A DNA stretch of 64,000 nt from Pirellulales bacterium (GTDB lineage: Bacteria; Planctomycetota; Planctomycetia; Pirellulales; JAICIG01): NCBI GenBank assembly GCA_040901675.1, contig JBBDYJ010000020.1, positions 1-64,000 of the forward strand. Direction: 5' to 3'. Below the pieces are notes generated by a model that saw only the letters and a program-made list of their open reading frames with translations, was not told the DNA's origin and did not search any database. Made by a program: the position numbers and the translations under genes. Shown here one piece after another: positions 50,778 through 61,009 of this stretch; position 1 is the first letter of the stretch; every line of letters begins with the position of its first letter.

Positions 50778-51182
50778 ATGCTCGCAATTCGCTTGGAGGC
50801 GACCGGGGGCCGGGAAACCAGAAGCTTTGGACCCGTGGACCGCTTCCGTATTCATCGCGACATATTGGAAATCCCGGACAGTAACGAGGTCGCCACCTTC
50901 CGGGACGGCTTCTGGCGCGTCGGCGAGGCGAGCTATCTGATGATGCAGGTGGAGGGGCCGACGTGGGTGCATTTTGAGAGCCCCGCGCGGCGATCACCCG
51001 GCTATGGCCCGTTCGACGCGGTCTGCGTTCTGGGAGGAGCGATTCGCGTGGGCAAGTCGGAAAGCCAGCATCTGGCGCAGCGCTACGACCAGTCGGGATC
51101 GTGGCGCATCCACGGCGAGCACGCCCTCTGGCCAACCGCCGTCTTCACCGCCAACGGCAAGCACGGGCCGGCCGAGCCGTAG
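50778..51182 (+). CDS. Hypothetical protein, paralogous to the downstream gene
   Basis: Shares VHFE....S..(Y/F)GPF....V..GAIR.G...H..W.IHG....W with 51423-51824. Confidence 0.7.
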   Translation: MLAIRLEATGGRETRSFGPVDRFRIHRDILEIPDSNEVATFRDGFWRVGEASYLMMQVEGPTWVHFESPARRSPGYGPFDAVCVLGGAIRVGKSESQHLAQRYDQSGSWRIHGEHALWPTAVFTANGKHGPAEP

Positions 51183-51227
51183 AACGGATTCATTCCGTTT
51201 TCCGCCGTAGAACGCAATTCATTCCGT
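51179..51227 (+). repeat. Two tandem REP family A copies; the first overlaps the TAG stop
   Basis: gTAGaacggattcattccgtt; gtagaacgcaattcattccgt. Confidence 0.8.
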
Positions 51228-51422
51228 GTCGCTTCCCGGCCGGGCACGTCAGAACCACCCCTCTGCTAAAAGTCCCGGTGCCAAGCTTTACGACCGGCGT
51301 CCCGCACGCTACACTACGACACGCTGTGTTCCTATGGCAGGAGGGCAGCGGGCGGCACGGCGTACCCCGGCTTCGAGCGGGGTTATTTTTTGCGCAAAGG
51401 CTTTCAGCACGAGGTCCGAGGG

Positions 51423-51824
51423 ATGCCGATGGTGGTCGTATTGCTCGACGAGCCTGCCGAGACCTCGAAAATCGAGCAACTCGATCGCGTCGCCTCGCTG
51501 CGGATCCAAGGCCGGTCGCTCGAGATGACCGGCCTCAAGCGCCCGCTCGTTTACGAGCGCGGGGCCTGGCACTCGCCGACCCGGTCCTACTCGGTGATCT
51601 CGATCGAGACTCCGGTCCACGTGCATTTCGAGGACCGGCAAGGGCATTCCAAGCGGTTTGGCCCATTTGAAGGCCTCCGCGTGGTGGATGGAGCCATCCG
51701 GCCCGGCAACAATCCGCAACATGTCCTGGCCTGGCTGGAACAGGAGCACTGGGTCTGGCATATCCACGGCGACCCGATCCGTTGGCAAAGCGTGATCTTC
51801 ATCGACGCCAAGCCGCCGGCCTGA
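51423..51824 (+). CDS. Hypothetical protein, paralogous to the upstream gene
   Basis: VHFEDRQGHSKRFGPFEGLRVVDGAIRPG...WHIHG...W. Confidence 0.7.
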   Translation: MPMVVVLLDEPAETSKIEQLDRVASLRIQGRSLEMTGLKRPLVYERGAWHSPTRSYSVISIETPVHVHFEDRQGHSKRFGPFEGLRVVDGAIRPGNNPQHVLAWLEQEHWVWHIHGDPIRWQSVIFIDAKPPA

Positions 51825-51861
51825 TGGATTTTTCGGCCTGCCTCGACCATACTGACCTCTT

Positions 51862-53757
51862 ATGCAAAAGGCCAGTGACGGCGCGGGCCGTCTCGCCCAG
51901 CGCGTGCCGGGCACCCGTATCGCTTGTTATGTCTTCCAGTCGAATCGCGACCTGGCACGGCACGTCGCCGAGGCCATCGCGGCGGTCATACGCGAACGCA
52001 ACGCCTTCGGCCAGAAGGCCGTGCTGGGATTGCCCACCGGCTCGACCCCCATGGGAGTGTACCGCGAACTGGTGAGAATGCACCGCGAGGACGGCCTCGA
52101 TTTCAGCGGGGTGCTGACGTTCAACCTCGACGAGTACTACGGCCTGCGACCCGACCAGTTGCAGAGCTACCACCGCTGGATGTTCGAGCACTTCTTCGAT
52201 CACGTGAACATCCCGGCCGAGCAGATCCATATTCCCGACGGCACCGTGCCGCTGGAACAGGTGGAAGAACACTGCCTGCGGTACGAGGCCCAGATTGAGC
52301 GGGCCGGCGGTATCGACGTGCAGTTGCTGGGCATCGGCCGCAATGGGCACGTGGGCTTCAACGAGCCGTTCAGCGACCGGCACGGCCGCACTCGCCTGGC
52401 CACGCTCGACCCGCTGACCCGCAAGGACGCGGCCAGCGACTTCTTTAGCGAGGAGAACGTGCCCCAGCAGGCCATCACCATGGGGCTGGGCACGATCCGG
52501 GAGGCCCGCAAGATCATCCTGATCGCCTTGGGCGAGCACAAGGCCTCCATCGTGCGCGAGGCCGTCGAAGGGCCGGCCAGCGACCGGGTGCCGGCCAGCT
52601 TGCTCGGCGATCATCCGGCGGTCTCGGTGCTGCTCGACGAGGCGGCCGCCGGCCAGTTGAGCGGCGTGGCGATGCCCTGGACGTCAGGCAGGGTCGAGTG
52701 GACCGACAAGCTGGTGAAGCGGGCGGTGCTGTGGCTCTCCCAACATACCGGCAAGGCCCTGTTAAAGCTGGACGACCAGGATTTCCGCGAGCACAACCTG
52801 CACCGATTGCTCCGGGATCATGGGCCGGCGCAGAAAGTGGCCCACCGCGTCTTCCGCTGGATGATGGAAACGATCGACTACCACCCCGGCGGCCGCGAGC
52901 CGAATCGCATCATCTGTTTCAGCCCCCATCCTGACGACGACGTGATCAGCATGGGCGGGTCGCTGATCCGCCTGATCGAGGACCAGCACGAAGTCCACGT
53001 GGCCTACATGACCAGCGGCAACATTGCGGTCTTCGATCACGATGCCCAGCGCGTGGCCGACCTGGTGGTGGAGTTCAATCGCCGGTTTGGGATCGATCAG
53101 GAGAAGTCGCGCGACGTCGAGCGGCAGGTGCTCGATTCGCTGGCACGCAAAGCGCCCGGCGAGCCGGATACCGAAGCGGTATTGGCGATCAAGGCCTTGA
53201 TCCGCTGGAGCGAGGCCAAGGCCGGCGCGGTGGTCTGCGGCTGCCGCGAGGAACACCTCCACTTTCTGGATTTGCCGTTCTATCGCACGGGCACGATTGC
53301 CAAGAACCCCGTCGGCGAAGGCGACGTGCGGATTATCCGCGAGTTGCTCCAGCGGCTGCGCCCGCGGCAGGTCTACGTGGCGGGCGACCTGTCCGATCCG
53401 CACGGAACGCACCGCGTCTGCGCCGAGGCGATCTTCAGGGCCCTGAACGAGCTGCAGGCCGCCGGAGGAACCACGCCGGAAGTGCTCTTGTACCGAGGCG
53501 CCTGGCAGGAATGGGCGCCTCACGAAATCGAGATTGCCGTGCCGCTGAGCCCACGCGATTTGGAACGCAAGAAGGCGGCCATTTTCCGCCACGAATCCCA
53601 GAAGGACACCGCCTTGTTCCCCGGAGCCGATGCCCGCGAGTTCTGGCAGCGCGCCGAAGAACGCAACCGCCACACGGCCGACGTCTACAACCGGCTGGGA
53701 CTGCCCGAGTACTTCGCCCTGGAGGGCTTTGTCCGCTGGAATGGCGAGGCCATCTAG
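51862..53757 (+). CDS. nagB: Glucosamine-6-phosphate deaminase, long form with a C-terminal PIG-L-like domain
   Basis: LGLPTGSTP, FNLDEY, LGIGRNGHVGFNEP, AITMG; FSPHPDDDVISMGG, DPHGTH, HESQ. Confidence 0.94.
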   Translation: MQKASDGAGRLAQRVPGTRIACYVFQSNRDLARHVAEAIAAVIRERNAFGQKAVLGLPTGSTPMGVYRELVRMHREDGLDFSGVLTFNLDEYYGLRPDQLQSYHRWMFEHFFDHVNIPAEQIHIPDGTVPLEQVEEHCLRYEAQIERAGGIDVQLLGIGRNGHVGFNEPFSDRHGRTRLATLDPLTRKDAASDFFSEENVPQQAITMGLGTIREARKIILIALGEHKASIVREAVEGPASDRVPASLLGDHPAVSVLLDEAAAGQLSGVAMPWTSGRVEWTDKLVKRAVLWLSQHTGKALLKLDDQDFREHNLHRLLRDHGPAQKVAHRVFRWMMETIDYHPGGREPNRIICFSPHPDDDVISMGGSLIRLIEDQHEVHVAYMTSGNIAVFDHDAQRVADLVVEFNRRFGIDQEKSRDVERQVLDSLARKAPGEPDTEAVLAIKALIRWSEAKAGAVVCGCREEHLHFLDLPFYRTGTIAKNPVGEGDVRIIRELLQRLRPRQVYVAGDLSDPHGTHRVCAEAIFRALNELQAAGGTTPEVLLYRGAWQEWAPHEIEIAVPLSPRDLERKKAAIFRHESQKDTALFPGADAREFWQRAEERNRHTADVYNRLGLPEYFALEGFVRWNGEAI

Positions 53758-53840
53758 CCCGCCCGCGGCAGGCGGTCCGCAGCCCGCCGACAGCCAACCA
53801 GCCGGGATCCACCGCTCAAGCCGCTTGGGAACCTAAAGCC

Positions 53841-55628
53841 GTGGCACCGCACCGAACGCTCGACGACCTGGTCCGCGGCTGGCGCGGCTGGGCCCTGTTG
53901 GCGTTGTTGGCGGCGGGCAGCGTGGCATTGGCGGGAACCGCTGTAGCGCAAAAGTCCGTCACGGTCGATGAGTTCCAGGCGCTGCCGCATGGCCTGGCCA
54001 TCTGGAAGACCGGCGACTTCCATCTGGCCACCGGAGTCCCGGTGTTGCCCAGCCTGCTGCCGGCGCTCCCCTTGCTCGCCTCTTCGGCTCGCTTCGATCC
54101 CCAACCGATGGCCGGCTACGTCAGCTCCTGGCAATGTGGCGACCAGTTCCTCCGCGAAAACCTGGAGAGCTATCACCCGTTGTTTCTTCAGGGCCGCATG
54201 ATCTCGCTCGCCGTGCTGCTGGTCACCTGCCTGCTGACATACGCATTGGCGCGCAGGATGTATGGGGCGACAGGCGGGCTGTTGGCCGCGGTTTTCGCCT
54301 GCCTGTCCCCGAACCTGCTGGCCCACGGGGCGCTGGTCACGCCCGACATCTATCTCGCGGCCGCCATCGTCGCCGCGTTGTTTGCCTTCGACCTGTTATT
54401 CAACCGGCCAGGCTGGCCGGCGGCGGTGGCGCTGGGATGCGCGCTTGGGCTGGCCAGCCTGTCGAAACTGACCGGCTTGCTGTTGTTCGCCATCTTTCCG
54501 GCGCTGCTGGCCTGCTTTCATTTTGCCGATCGGGCGGCTTGGCGGCGCGCCGGCCAGCCCGGCAAATCGGCCCCGCCGGCCTTGGCGAACCTCGACTGGT
54601 CCAAGCGCTGGCTGGCCGCCGCGCTGGCCATGGCGACGGGCCTCGTGCTGATCCACGTCGGCTACTTGTTCGACGGCTCGTTTTCGCGACTCGACCAGTT
54701 CCAGTTCGAGAGCACCGGGATGGCGACGGTGGCCGAGATGCTGCCCGGATGGCTCCGGGTGCCCCTGCCCTACCCTTTCTTCAAGGGGATCGACGCGCAG
54801 TTGGCCGAGGAGGGCTATGTCGCCTATCTGAACGGCGAGTTCAACGAGACCGGCTTCTTTCATTACTATCTCGTCGGGCTGCTGGTTAAGACTCCGCTGT
54901 GCGTGCCGGTGTTGGCCGTCGTTGCCTGGTGGGGCAGGCGCGGCCTGACCCGCTCGGAAGTGGCCCTGGTGGCAACCGGAGGCCTGCTGCTGTTGTTCTT
55001 CTCGCTCTCGAAGCACAAGAACATCGGCCTGCGGTACGTGCTGTTCCTGGAACCGCTCCTGGCCATCTGGATCGGACGGCTCGGCACCCGGATCGCAATG
55101 CTCGAACTACCCGGCACCCAAACGGCCGCCATGGCGCGGGACAAGACCGCCCGCCGCGCGGCCATCCGGCTCACGGCCGCCAAGCGCGATTTGGCACTGG
55201 CCGCCGCGGCCGCGGGCTGGATGCTGTTTACGGCGGTTTCGGCCTGGCCGCACTACCTGGCGTACTTCAATCGGGCCAGCGGTGGCCCGACCAGCGGCCA
55301 CAAGTACCTGCTGGACTCGAATCTCGATTGGGGTCAGGACCTGATTGAGCTGCGGCGGTTCATGGAGCGCGAGGGGATCGATTCGATCGACCTGGCTTAT
55401 TTCGGCCGCGTGCCCCCCGAAGTGTACGGCGTCAGCTACCGGATGCTGGGCGCCGGGCCGCCCGCGCGCTACGCGGCGATCAGCGCCAACCTGCTCTGGG
55501 GACGGATGTACTTCGTGAACGGCACGTCGTACTGGCCCGAAGACAAAGACACGTATGCCGCCTACCGGCGGTTGAAGCCCAAGGCCGTTCTCGGGCACAG
55601 CATCTACGTGTTCGAGTTGGCCCCGTAG
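53841..55628 (+). CDS. GT39/ArnT-like GT-C membrane glycosyltransferase
   Basis: SVTVDE, SPNLLAHGALVTPD, K.TG, YY..LLVKTP, IGLRY, YFN, DSNLDWGQDL. The start is inferred. Confidence 0.82.
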   Translation: MAPHRTLDDLVRGWRGWALLALLAAGSVALAGTAVAQKSVTVDEFQALPHGLAIWKTGDFHLATGVPVLPSLLPALPLLASSARFDPQPMAGYVSSWQCGDQFLRENLESYHPLFLQGRMISLAVLLVTCLLTYALARRMYGATGGLLAAVFACLSPNLLAHGALVTPDIYLAAAIVAALFAFDLLFNRPGWPAAVALGCALGLASLSKLTGLLLFAIFPALLACFHFADRAAWRRAGQPGKSAPPALANLDWSKRWLAAALAMATGLVLIHVGYLFDGSFSRLDQFQFESTGMATVAEMLPGWLRVPLPYPFFKGIDAQLAEEGYVAYLNGEFNETGFFHYYLVGLLVKTPLCVPVLAVVAWWGRRGLTRSEVALVATGGLLLLFFSLSKHKNIGLRYVLFLEPLLAIWIGRLGTRIAMLELPGTQTAAMARDKTARRAAIRLTAAKRDLALAAAAAGWMLFTAVSAWPHYLAYFNRASGGPTSGHKYLLDSNLDWGQDLIELRRFMEREGIDSIDLAYFGRVPPEVYGVSYRMLGAGPPARYAAISANLLWGRMYFVNGTSYWPEDKDTYAAYRRLKPKAVLGHSIYVFELAP

Positions 55629-55698
55629 AACGGAATTCATCCCGTTTACCGGGTTAACCGATGCGCGACTCGCTGAAACGGAATAAATTCCGTTCTAC
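55625..55698. repeat. REPIN-like inverted pair of REP family A filling the whole gap between two stop codons
   Basis: gTAGaacggaattcatcccgtt-N30-aacggaataaattccgttctac. Confidence 0.9.
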
Positions 55699-56300
55699 TA
55701 CACCTTGCGGACAACACCGACGACCACGCCCAGCACCCGGGCGTTGGTGACGTAGATGGCCGGCATCGACGAGTTGGCCGGCTCCAGGCGGATGCGCTTC
55801 GCCTCCGGGTACCAGCGTTTGAGCGTGGCCTCGTTCTCGTCGGTCAAGGCGACAACCGTCTGCCCTCGCTGCGCGGTGGGCTGCTTGCGAATGACCACGT
55901 AATCGCCGTCGGCGATCTGGTCTTCAATCATCGAATCGCCCTTGACCTTGAGCACGAACAGATCGTCGGCGCTGAACATCTCGCCAAAATCGACCCGCTC
56001 GTCCTGGCTCACGGCCTCCTGCAGCACGCCGGCCGCGATCATGCCGGCGAGGGGCAGCCCACCGCCTCCTTCGGGAGTTTCCGTGGAGAGCATGATGGCC
56101 CGCGACATGTTCGGCTCTCGAGTGATCAAGCCTTTTTTCTCGAGGGCCTTGAGGTGGCACATCACCCCGTTGGGAGAGCTGATGTCGAAGTGGGCCCCGA
56201 TTTCCCTGACCGTGGGGCCGTATCCGCGGTGACGGATTTTTTCGCGGATGAATTCGTAGACCTCGCGCTGGCGAGTTGTCAGACGTTCCAAGTTGGCCAT
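55698..56300 (-). CDS. lexA: SOS repressor LexA
   Basis: LTTRQ..GYGPTVREI..HLKALEKKG, IAAG cleavage site, GDSM (Ser), ATLKR (Lys). Confidence 0.97.
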   Translation of the reverse strand: MANLERLTTRQREVYEFIREKIRHRGYGPTVREIGAHFDISSPNGVMCHLKALEKKGLITREPNMSRAIMLSTETPEGGGGLPLAGMIAAGVLQEAVSQDERVDFGEMFSADDLFVLKVKGDSMIEDQIADGDYVVIRKQPTAQRGQTVVALTDENEATLKRWYPEAKRIRLEPANSSMPAIYVTNARVLGVVVGVVRKV

Positions 56301-56346
56301 GGTCACGTGTCCCCGTGCATGAAAAATAAGTAAGCCGCCTCCTTCA

Positions 56347-56388
56347 AATATAATATACGCGTGTACAGAGTCAATAGCATTTGTACAC
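56347..56388 (-). promoter_or_regulatory. lexA promoter with candidate operators
   Basis: Minus strand ttgact-N16-tatatt; TATAC-gcgt-GTACA (56354-56367) and ATAGC-attt-GTACA (56374-56387). Confidence 0.7.
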
Positions 56389-56429
56389 CAGTGCTATCTT
56401 GGGGCTGTCAAAGTGATTACGACTTCTGT

Positions 56430-57809
56430 TCAGGCCGACTGGTCCATCTGCATGGCCTGGTTCAGCTTGTTGTAGAGCGTCTTGAGGCTGATGCCCAGTT
56501 CGTCGGCAGCCTTCGACTTGTTGCCGCCGTTGCGCTCGATGCTCTGATGAATGGCCTGCATCTCGATCTCCCGCATGGTCTGCGCCGGGAAGGTCTTGAA
56601 GTGCGGGGCGCGGAGCCGTCGATGGGTGAAGTTGCCGGGCAAGTGCGGCAGGTCCACCGGGCCGTTATCGCAGAGAATGGCGGCGTGCTCGATCACGTTG
56701 GCCAGCTCGCGGACATTGCCGGGCCAGCAGTGGGTTTCCAGCGCGCGCATGGCCTCGGCCGTGAACGAGGCCTCGTCGGCGCGGGCATCGCGGCGGAAGC
56801 GCGCCAGCAGGTAGTGGGCCAGGCCGGGCAGGTCGCCGATGCGGTCGCGCAAGGCAGGCAAACGGATTTCGAAGGTGTTGATGCGGAACATCAGGTCCTG
56901 GCGGAACTCTCCCTCGGCGACCATCTCGTCCAGGTCGCGATGGGTGGCGCAGACCACGCGGACATCGACGGTGAACGAATCGTTGTCGCCCACGCGGCGG
57001 ATTTCGCCGCTTTCCAGGATCCTCAGCAGCTTGGCCTGCATCGACTTGGGCAGCTCGCCGATCTCGTCCAGAAAAATCGTGCCGCCGTTGGCCACCTCGA
57101 ACAGCCCCACCCGGTTCTCTTCGGCCCCGGTGAACGATCCTTTGCGATGGCCGAACAGTTCGCTCTCGATCAGGTTTTCCGGAAGCCCACCGCAGTTGAC
57201 CGCCACGAAGGGCATGTCGGCCCGCAGACTTTGATCGTGAACGGCGCGGGCCACGAGCTCCTTGCCGGTGCCTGTTTCGCCCAGGATCAGCACGGTGGAG
57301 AGCGTGGGCGCGACCTTGGCAATCCGCGAGCGGACGTCGTCCATGCGGGGCGAGTCGCCGATCAGCTTGGAGGGCCCTTCCAGGCGTTCGACCTGCCGCT
57401 TCAGCGCGCGGTACTTGTTGGTCAGCTCTCGCTTGGCGGCGACCCGCGTCAGGAGCGCTTCCAGCTCCACCAGCTTGCAGGGCTTGGTCAGATAATCGAA
57501 GGCGCCTTGCCGCAAGGCGGCCACCGCCGTCTCCAGCGACGACTTGCCGGTCAGAACCACCGCCTCCGTTTCGGGAGAGAGCTGCTTGGCCCGGGCAATC
57601 ACCTCGATGCCCGACAAGCGAGGCATGTCCAGATCGACCAGGATGCAGTCGTAGGTGTTGCGCTCCAGCGCCGCCACGGCCACCGCCCCATCCGGGCAGA
57701 CCGTCACCTCGTGTCCCATGCGGGGCAGTTCCAGGCTCATCAGCTCCTGCAGCGAGCGCTCGTCGTCGGCGAACAGCAGCTTGAGGCGCTTATGCGGCTT
57801 GATATCGAT
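56430..57809 (-). CDS. Sigma54-dependent NtrC-family response regulator (REC-AAA+-Fis HTH), probable ATC start
   Basis: LKLLFADDE, VDLDMP, GETGTGKE, GSFTGA, FLDEIG, WPGNVREL, AADELGISLKTLYNKL. Confidence 0.93.
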   Translation of the reverse strand: MDIKPHKRLKLLFADDERSLQELMSLELPRMGHEVTVCPDGAVAVAALERNTYDCILVDLDMPRLSGIEVIARAKQLSPETEAVVLTGKSSLETAVAALRQGAFDYLTKPCKLVELEALLTRVAAKRELTNKYRALKRQVERLEGPSKLIGDSPRMDDVRSRIAKVAPTLSTVLILGETGTGKELVARAVHDQSLRADMPFVAVNCGGLPENLIESELFGHRKGSFTGAEENRVGLFEVANGGTIFLDEIGELPKSMQAKLLRILESGEIRRVGDNDSFTVDVRVVCATHRDLDEMVAEGEFRQDLMFRINTFEIRLPALRDRIGDLPGLAHYLLARFRRDARADEASFTAEAMRALETHCWPGNVRELANVIEHAAILCDNGPVDLPHLPGNFTHRRLRAPHFKTFPAQTMREIEMQAIHQSIERNGGNKSKAADELGISLKTLYNKLNQAMQMDQSA

Positions 57810-59445
57810 GGCGATTCTCCTGCCGGCCTGCGGCCAGCGGCAAGCGGACGCAGAACCAGGAGCCGTGGCCGGGGCCGTCGCTGTGCACCTCGATCGACCC
57901 TTCGTGGTCGGCGATGATCCGGTAGGCGATGGAGAGCCCCAGCCCGGTCCCCTGCCCGCCGCGGCGGCGGGTGAAGAAAGGCTCGAAAAGATGTTCCAGC
58001 ACTTCAGGCGTCATGCCGCAGCCAGTGTCGGTGACCGTCAGCTCGGCTTCCCCCCCGCGTTCGGCCAACTCGACGCTCACGGTGCCCCCGGCGTCGAGGC
58101 TGTCCAAGGCGTTGGTCAACAGGTTCAACACGACCTGCTTGATCTCCTGGGTGTTGACCGGCACGATCACCTTTTGATCGGGGGCGAACTCGACGTGTTT
58201 CTCCTGGTACTTGCCCAGGTGCCCGATCATGTCGATCACGCCCTGCACGAGCTCGCCCAGATCGGCGGACTGCCGCTTGACCTCGCCGATGCGGGAAAAA
58301 TCGAGCAGCTTCTCGGTGATCTCCTTGCAGCGAAAGGCCTCGGCCTGGATCATCCGCAGGTACTGGCGGGCCACCTCCCGCTGGGGGCCGTCGCCCCCCG
58401 GGGTCTCATGCAGGCGGCCCTCGAGCGACTCGGCGCACATGGCAATCGAGGCCAGCGGGTTGTTGATTTCGTGGGCCACCCCGGCCGCCAGAAAACCGAC
58501 GCTCGCCAACTGCTCACTGCGGACCACCTGCTTGGTTCGCTCCTGCACCTGGCGGTCGAGGTCGTCGCGGATGGCCCGGAAGCGGGCGGTCATGTCGTTC
58601 ATGGCGGCGGCCAGCTCGGACATTTCATCTTCGGTGGTCAAACGGATGCGGTAATTGAAGTGTCCCGACGCCACTTTGCGCGATCCATTGATCAGCACCC
58701 GCAGCGGCCGGAAGATCCACGCGTAGCCCAGCTTGACGAACAGCGCCACCAGCAAAACGGTCAACAGGCTGGTGATCCAGGTCAACACCAGCAGGGTGCG
58801 GTACTGACGGCGGGCCTCGGCCGTGAACTCCTCGATGTTCGAATAGAGGAAGCTGGGCAGCCTGGCGGCCAACGTCTGCAGTTCGTCCAGTTCGCCGCTC
58901 AGCCGGGCCACCCTCAACGGATCGATCAGCCAGTCGCGCTGGCGGTTGAGCTGCCCGATGCGCAGGAGCGATTCCTCGATCGAGCGGACGGTTTGCCACT
59001 CCCGCCGGCTGTCGCCGATCTCGCCGGTAACTCCCTCCAGTTCCTCGGCGGACACGCTCTCTTCGGGTCGCGGCTTGTGCTGTTCGAGCTGATCGCGGTA
59101 ACTCCCCAGGTTGCGTTCGACCTGGTCGAGCTGGAGCTGGAACTCCTGCCAGGCCCAATCCTGTCCCGTCACGCTTCCGGGTTGGATGGCGCTATAGTCG
59201 CGCTGCCCGCCCGCGGCGATCGGCTCGGAAGGCACTGCCTCGCCCAGCGCCAGGCGCAGTTCGCTCACGCTTTGGCTGAGCGCGTTGGCCAGGGGCAGTT
59301 CGTGGACCCGCCGGCTCAGGCTGCGAACCAGGCTCCGGTAGGCATACAAACCGTGGATGCCGCCCCAACTGAGCGTGGCGACGATCACCAGCAGCAGGCA
59401 CAGCCCGACTACCAGCTTGGCGCGTATGGGCCACTTGGACAGCAC
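57790..59445 (-). CDS. Membrane sensor histidine kinase (HAMP, HisKA, HATPase)
   Basis: Two TM helices, DEMSELAAAMNDM, AGVAHEINNPL, NLLTNA, DTGCG, GTGLGL. Confidence 0.95.
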   Translation of the reverse strand: MLSKWPIRAKLVVGLCLLLVIVATLSWGGIHGLYAYRSLVRSLSRRVHELPLANALSQSVSELRLALGEAVPSEPIAAGGQRDYSAIQPGSVTGQDWAWQEFQLQLDQVERNLGSYRDQLEQHKPRPEESVSAEELEGVTGEIGDSRREWQTVRSIEESLLRIGQLNRQRDWLIDPLRVARLSGELDELQTLAARLPSFLYSNIEEFTAEARRQYRTLLVLTWITSLLTVLLVALFVKLGYAWIFRPLRVLINGSRKVASGHFNYRIRLTTEDEMSELAAAMNDMTARFRAIRDDLDRQVQERTKQVVRSEQLASVGFLAAGVAHEINNPLASIAMCAESLEGRLHETPGGDGPQREVARQYLRMIQAEAFRCKEITEKLLDFSRIGEVKRQSADLGELVQGVIDMIGHLGKYQEKHVEFAPDQKVIVPVNTQEIKQVVLNLLTNALDSLDAGGTVSVELAERGGEAELTVTDTGCGMTPEVLEHLFEPFFTRRRGGQGTGLGLSIAYRIIADHEGSIEVHSDGPGHGSWFCVRLPLAAGRQENRHRYQAA

Positions 59446-59621
59446 CGTGCGACCTCCTTGCCGCGATGCCAGAGCAGAATGTTCGTACCGACGGGAAGAC
59501 CGGAACCGCTCCCCGGCCGCTTACCGGCCCAATGGGGCGGCAAGTCTACCATCAAGGTCGCGACCAGGGCAATACGGCGGTGGCCCCCCCGGGGGTCGCC
59601 GAATCGCTCTCCCAAATAGCG

Positions 59622-60800
59622 TCAATACCGCAGCACGCGGCATTTGAGCAGCCAACCACCCCAGGCCGCCAGCACGACGTTGCCCAGCCAGACCACGTAC
59701 GGGTGGACGGCGCCGCTCTTGGCCTGCTCGACGCCGAACATCAACAGGGGGTAGTACACCAGCAGGATGGGAGCGAAGCACAGGAAGAAATTGGCCATGT
59801 AATCGGAGTTGCGGCGCCAGATGGCCAGCGGGGCCCCGACCAGCACGAAGCACAGGCAACTGAAGGCGGCCGACAGCCGCCGCGGCGGTTCCGTGGCCAA
59901 CCGGTGCAGGTGGTTCCACCAGTTCTGGATAATCAGCTTCTCATGCGGCCAATCGTGCTGCTCCAGCGGCTCGAACTCACCCGTAAACAGGGGAAAAGCC
60001 ACTTCCGCCGCCCGGCGGCGCTCGTACATCTCCAGCTCCGACGTGATGCGGGCCCGTTCGCCGGGAACGCGGCCCAGCGGAACGCGGGCAGGCACCCGCG
60101 AGTTGTCCCCTATCCGGCTGGCGTCGAACAGCGGAATCTCGCGGTCGATCTCGTCGAACTGGATGCTGAACTGCCCTTCGACCACGGTGCCGTTGCGGAA
60201 CGAAACCCGCAGCACCTCCGAGTCCGACCGGAGTTGGGCCTCCTCGGCCGTGATCGTCATGCCGGCCGAATCGCCTTTGGCCCTCAACGTGAACGTGGGC
60301 TGAATCAGCCGTGGACCTTCGACCGCCTTGACGATGATCTCGATGTTCTTGGCGCTGTACGAATGCTGCGTGCGAAGCGCCCCGTAGACAATTTCCTCGA
60401 CCGCCTCCAGCACGACCCGCTGGGCGCCCTTCTGGCCCCAGGTCAGGGCCAGCTCGTTCAGCCAGACCGTCCCCAGGCTGAGCAGGAAGGCGAGGACAAG
60501 ACCGGGCCAGACGACCGCCATGGGACTGATGCCCAACGACTTGATCGCCAGCACCTCGTTGGAGCCCGACATCCGCCCATACACGTTCGAGACCGCGAAC
60601 AGACTGGTGGCCGGCAGAGTGAACCGCATCATCTCCGGCAGCAGGTAGGGGATCAACCGGACGAGCTGTGCCGGGCCCACCCCCTGGTCCTTGGCCTCCT
60701 TGTACATGCCAAACACCAGCATCAGCACCGTCATTCCGGCCAGCGTGATGCTGAAGACCTTGAGCAGTTCCCACACGACATACCGCGTCAAAAGGGGCAT
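59622..60800 (-). CDS. LptF/LptG-family permease
   Basis: LTRYVVWE.LK.F, YGRMSGSNEVLAIKSLGIS, periplasmic beta domain, F.LVGAPLAI, WLGN. Confidence 0.88.
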   Translation of the reverse strand: MPLLTRYVVWELLKVFSITLAGMTVLMLVFGMYKEAKDQGVGPAQLVRLIPYLLPEMMRFTLPATSLFAVSNVYGRMSGSNEVLAIKSLGISPMAVVWPGLVLAFLLSLGTVWLNELALTWGQKGAQRVVLEAVEEIVYGALRTQHSYSAKNIEIIVKAVEGPRLIQPTFTLRAKGDSAGMTITAEEAQLRSDSEVLRVSFRNGTVVEGQFSIQFDEIDREIPLFDASRIGDNSRVPARVPLGRVPGERARITSELEMYERRRAAEVAFPLFTGEFEPLEQHDWPHEKLIIQNWWNHLHRLATEPPRRLSAAFSCLCFVLVGAPLAIWRRNSDYMANFFLCFAPILLVYYPLLMFGVEQAKSGAVHPYVVWLGNVVLAAWGGWLLKCRVLRY

Positions 60801-61009
60801 GGCCGCGTAGTCTGTCGGCCTGCCGCCAGTCGGTCAAGGTCATTCACGCCATCCGCCCGGCGTTGACCGTTCCGGGGGCTTGTGATATGGTCCCCCGCCT
60901 TCCACGGGGAGCCGTGTTTAGTAGCAGGCACACTCCGTGTTTCGCACAGCAGCAGGTCACACTCCGTGTGCCCTCCGCCGTGTAGCGTCCGCTTGCATGA
61001 GGTACCGCG

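Noticed and set aside
51862..53757. NagB-PIG-L fusion as a novelty
   Set aside because: Long-form NagB with this C-terminal domain is an already known architecture.
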